Source: Eledone cirrhosa (taxonomy: Eukaryota). Taken from it: 64,000 nt of DNA. Of the stretch, positions 61,205-64,000 are shown piece by piece (position 1 is the first letter of the stretch; each line of letters opens with the position of its first letter). The stretch spans positions 62,001 to 126,000 of the forward strand of contig CAXHJY010000020.1 of the NCBI GenBank assembly GCA_964016885.1, written 5' to 3'. The notes beneath the pieces are model-generated. The model saw only the letters and a program-made list of their open reading frames with translations. It had not been told where the DNA came from and made no database searches. Position numbers and translations under genes: made by a program.

Positions 61205-62020
61205 ACAAACGACAACAACAGTAACAACAACGACAATAACAATGACAACAACAACAACAATAACAATGACAACATCAACTATAACAACTACAACAATAAC
61301 AATATCAACTATAACAACTACAACAACAACAATAACAATGACATCAACTATAACAACTACAACAATAACAATGACAACATCAACTATAACAACTACAACA
61401 ATAACAATGACAACATCAACTATAACAACTACAACAACAATGACAACAGCAACTATAACAACAACAAAAACAATGACATCAACTATAACAACTACAACAA
61501 TGTCAACATCAACTATAACAACAACATCAACTATAACATCAACTATAACAACTACAACAACAACAACGACAACAGCAAATGCAATGACAACGGCAACTAC
61601 AACAGCAACAAAAACGACTACAACAACAACAAATACAACAACAATGACAATAGCAACTATAATTACAACAACAGTGACAACGACTACAACATCGAATACA
61701 ATAATAATGGCAACAGCAACTACTATTACTACTACTACTACAAATAAACGACTACCACAAAACAACAGCAACAGTAACTTCAACAACAAAACCACTAACA
61801 CCAAGAACATCACCACTTACAACAACCACCACACCAACAACAATGACCACCACCACCTCCACTACTTTTTTCTACTACTACTACTACAAACAAAGGCCAC
61901 CGCCACCACCACAATGACTACAACAACAAAAAACACGAACACCACAAGAACACCAGCACCTTAAGCGGCAACAACAACATCAACAACACCAATAACACCA
62001 ACACTACCACCACCCACAGC
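61205..62020. repeat. CAA/TAA triplet low-complexity tract
   Basis: Direct inspection. Confidence 0.9.
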
Positions 62021-62474
62021 ATCAAATAAATTTACATTTAATCCATCAATTTTTCATTTGCATATCGAATGTCAATAACAAAAAATAAAAAAATAAAACT
62101 TATAGCAAAGAATATATAAATATAATACAACAAATATAACAACAAAATAATATAAATAACAAGTAAAATCATAAAACAAAAATGGAGGAACAATTATTTA
62201 TGAAAATCAAAAATAACACACCCACCCCTAAAATATGAAAGAATACATGCAAAACAAAACGAAACGAAAACGTAATTTAAAATGTCGGCCGAGAAGAGTG
62301 GGTTGTTGTGGGACAGGAACCTTAACGATTCTATAATATATATATATGTGTGTGTGTGTGTGTATGTATATGTGTGTGTATGTGTGTCTATATGTGGGGA
62401 GGAGGGTGGATGGTGTGTTTCCGTGTGATTTCGTGGGCTGTAGTTTAGTGTTTGTGATACACACACACACACAT

Positions 62475-62529
<55 letters not shown>

Positions 62530-62531
<2 letters not shown>

Positions 62532-62757
62532 ATAAACAACATAAGAGAATTATTTCATTTACCAGTGGTTTCTTGGAAGCAGATGTATCTGTTTTCAGCC
62601 GTCAGAATTCTGACAACTGAAAACAGATACAACATCGGCTTTCAAGAAACCACTGGTATGAAATAATTATCTTATGTTGTTTATTACAAAACTAATAAGC
62701 TCTGTAGCCTACATAGAGCACTCTTTTTTCCTGGACATTTCCGACGGAATTACTTCA
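62530..62757 (+). mobile_element. Fold-back hammerhead-half element
   Basis: 62530-62607 pairs with 62608-62687 (centre GTCAGAATTCTGAC). Right arm GAAAC CACTG GTA; tail GCTC...GAGCACT. Confidence 0.7.
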
Positions 62758-62791
62758 CACACACATATATATATATATATATATGTGTATG

Positions 62792-62827
<36 letters not shown>

Positions 62828-62868
62828 TATATATGTATGTATATATATATATATATATATACACACAC

Positions 62869-62923
<55 letters not shown>

Positions 62924-62927
62924 TATA

Positions 62928-62969
<42 letters not shown>

Positions 62970-63032
62970 TATGTATGTATATATATATACACATATATAT
63001 ATGTATGTATATATATATATATATACATACAC

Positions 63033-63065
<33 letters not shown>

Positions 63066-63209
63066 TATATACACACACACATATATATATATACACACAC
63101 ACACATATATATGTATGTATGTATATATATACACATATATATATATATATATACATATTTATATATATATATACATATTTATATATATATATACATATAT
63201 ATATATACA

Positions 63210-63247
<38 letters not shown>

Positions 63248-63329
63248 CACATTTATATACATATATATATATATATTTATATATATATATATACATATCT
63301 ATACATATACATATCTATACATATACATA

Positions 63330-63409
<80 letters not shown>

Positions 63410-63412
63410 AAC

Positions 63413-63535
<123 letters not shown>

Positions 63536-63830
63536 TTAGTTAAGCAAAACAAGACCACAAACTTCACAAGGAAGACATTATTAAAAGATTGTCAACATAT
63601 TTTAGTTTGATGTAAGGAATGTAGAGAATAATAATAATAATAATGTCCGTTTACAATTGTTTCGCTACTCCATATAATATTTCTGGATCAGATGACTATA
63701 TATCATAATTGATCTGGTTCAGTTGAAAATAATTAACATATTTAAAAAACAGAGTGGCTCATCGGAACTCAAAGGAATATAAATTAAAATAATGTTACAT
63801 AATATAATGTTCCATATATTGGTTTTTACT

Positions 63831-63915
63831 ATGGCGTCTTGGTTGCATCAGCTGTCAGCCATAATCAAGCAGTATTCATCTGTCGAGGCTGCATTGTGTG
63901 AGATCTGCCTATTGT
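63831..63915 (+). CDS. Weak candidate exon MASWLHQLSAIIKQYSSVEAALCEICLL
   Basis: ATGGCG start, open frame and a GTGAGT donor in a small unique island; no homology recognised. Confidence 0.2.
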
Positions 63916-64000
63916 GTGAGTATGTGTATATACGTGTGTGCGTATATACATATATATGTGTGTGTATGTAAATATATATATGCACTTGTAACCCCGTCTA

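Overview
Eukaryotic, AT-rich, extremely repeat-dense window. The microsatellite load and SINE repertoire look like a cephalopod (Octopus-like) genome; this is inference. Almost all ORFs in the supplied track are artefacts of (TA)n, (CA)n, (GA)n, (CCA/CAA)n and (CATA)n microsatellites. The real coding remnants are retrotransposon pieces: Penelope-like RT/GIY-YIG, three to four R4/Dong-like RLE LINE fragments, RTE-type LINE 3' ends (one with C2H2 fingers) and a CRE-like RLE end. There are about 15 copies of tRNA-derived SINEs, MITEs of the piggyBac, Tc1/mariner/pogo and hAT types with visible TSDs, and several minisatellites (72, ~70 and 40 bp). A small minus-strand host gene may be threaded through the window: a clean first coding exon at 41997-41966 and phase-compatible candidate exons at 32669-32406 and 12033-11950. 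The most striking hidden signal is more than a dozen short (~100-450 bp) elements of several sequence families embedded in (TA)n tracts. They carry minimal type-I hammerhead ribozymes or their 3' halves, are often folded back into long palindromes whose axis sits at hammerhead stem II, and share a downstream ACTC...GAGT(R)CT hairpin. They are most likely Penelope pLTR-derived, retrozyme-like elements. Repeat coordinates were read by eye and may be off by a few bases.
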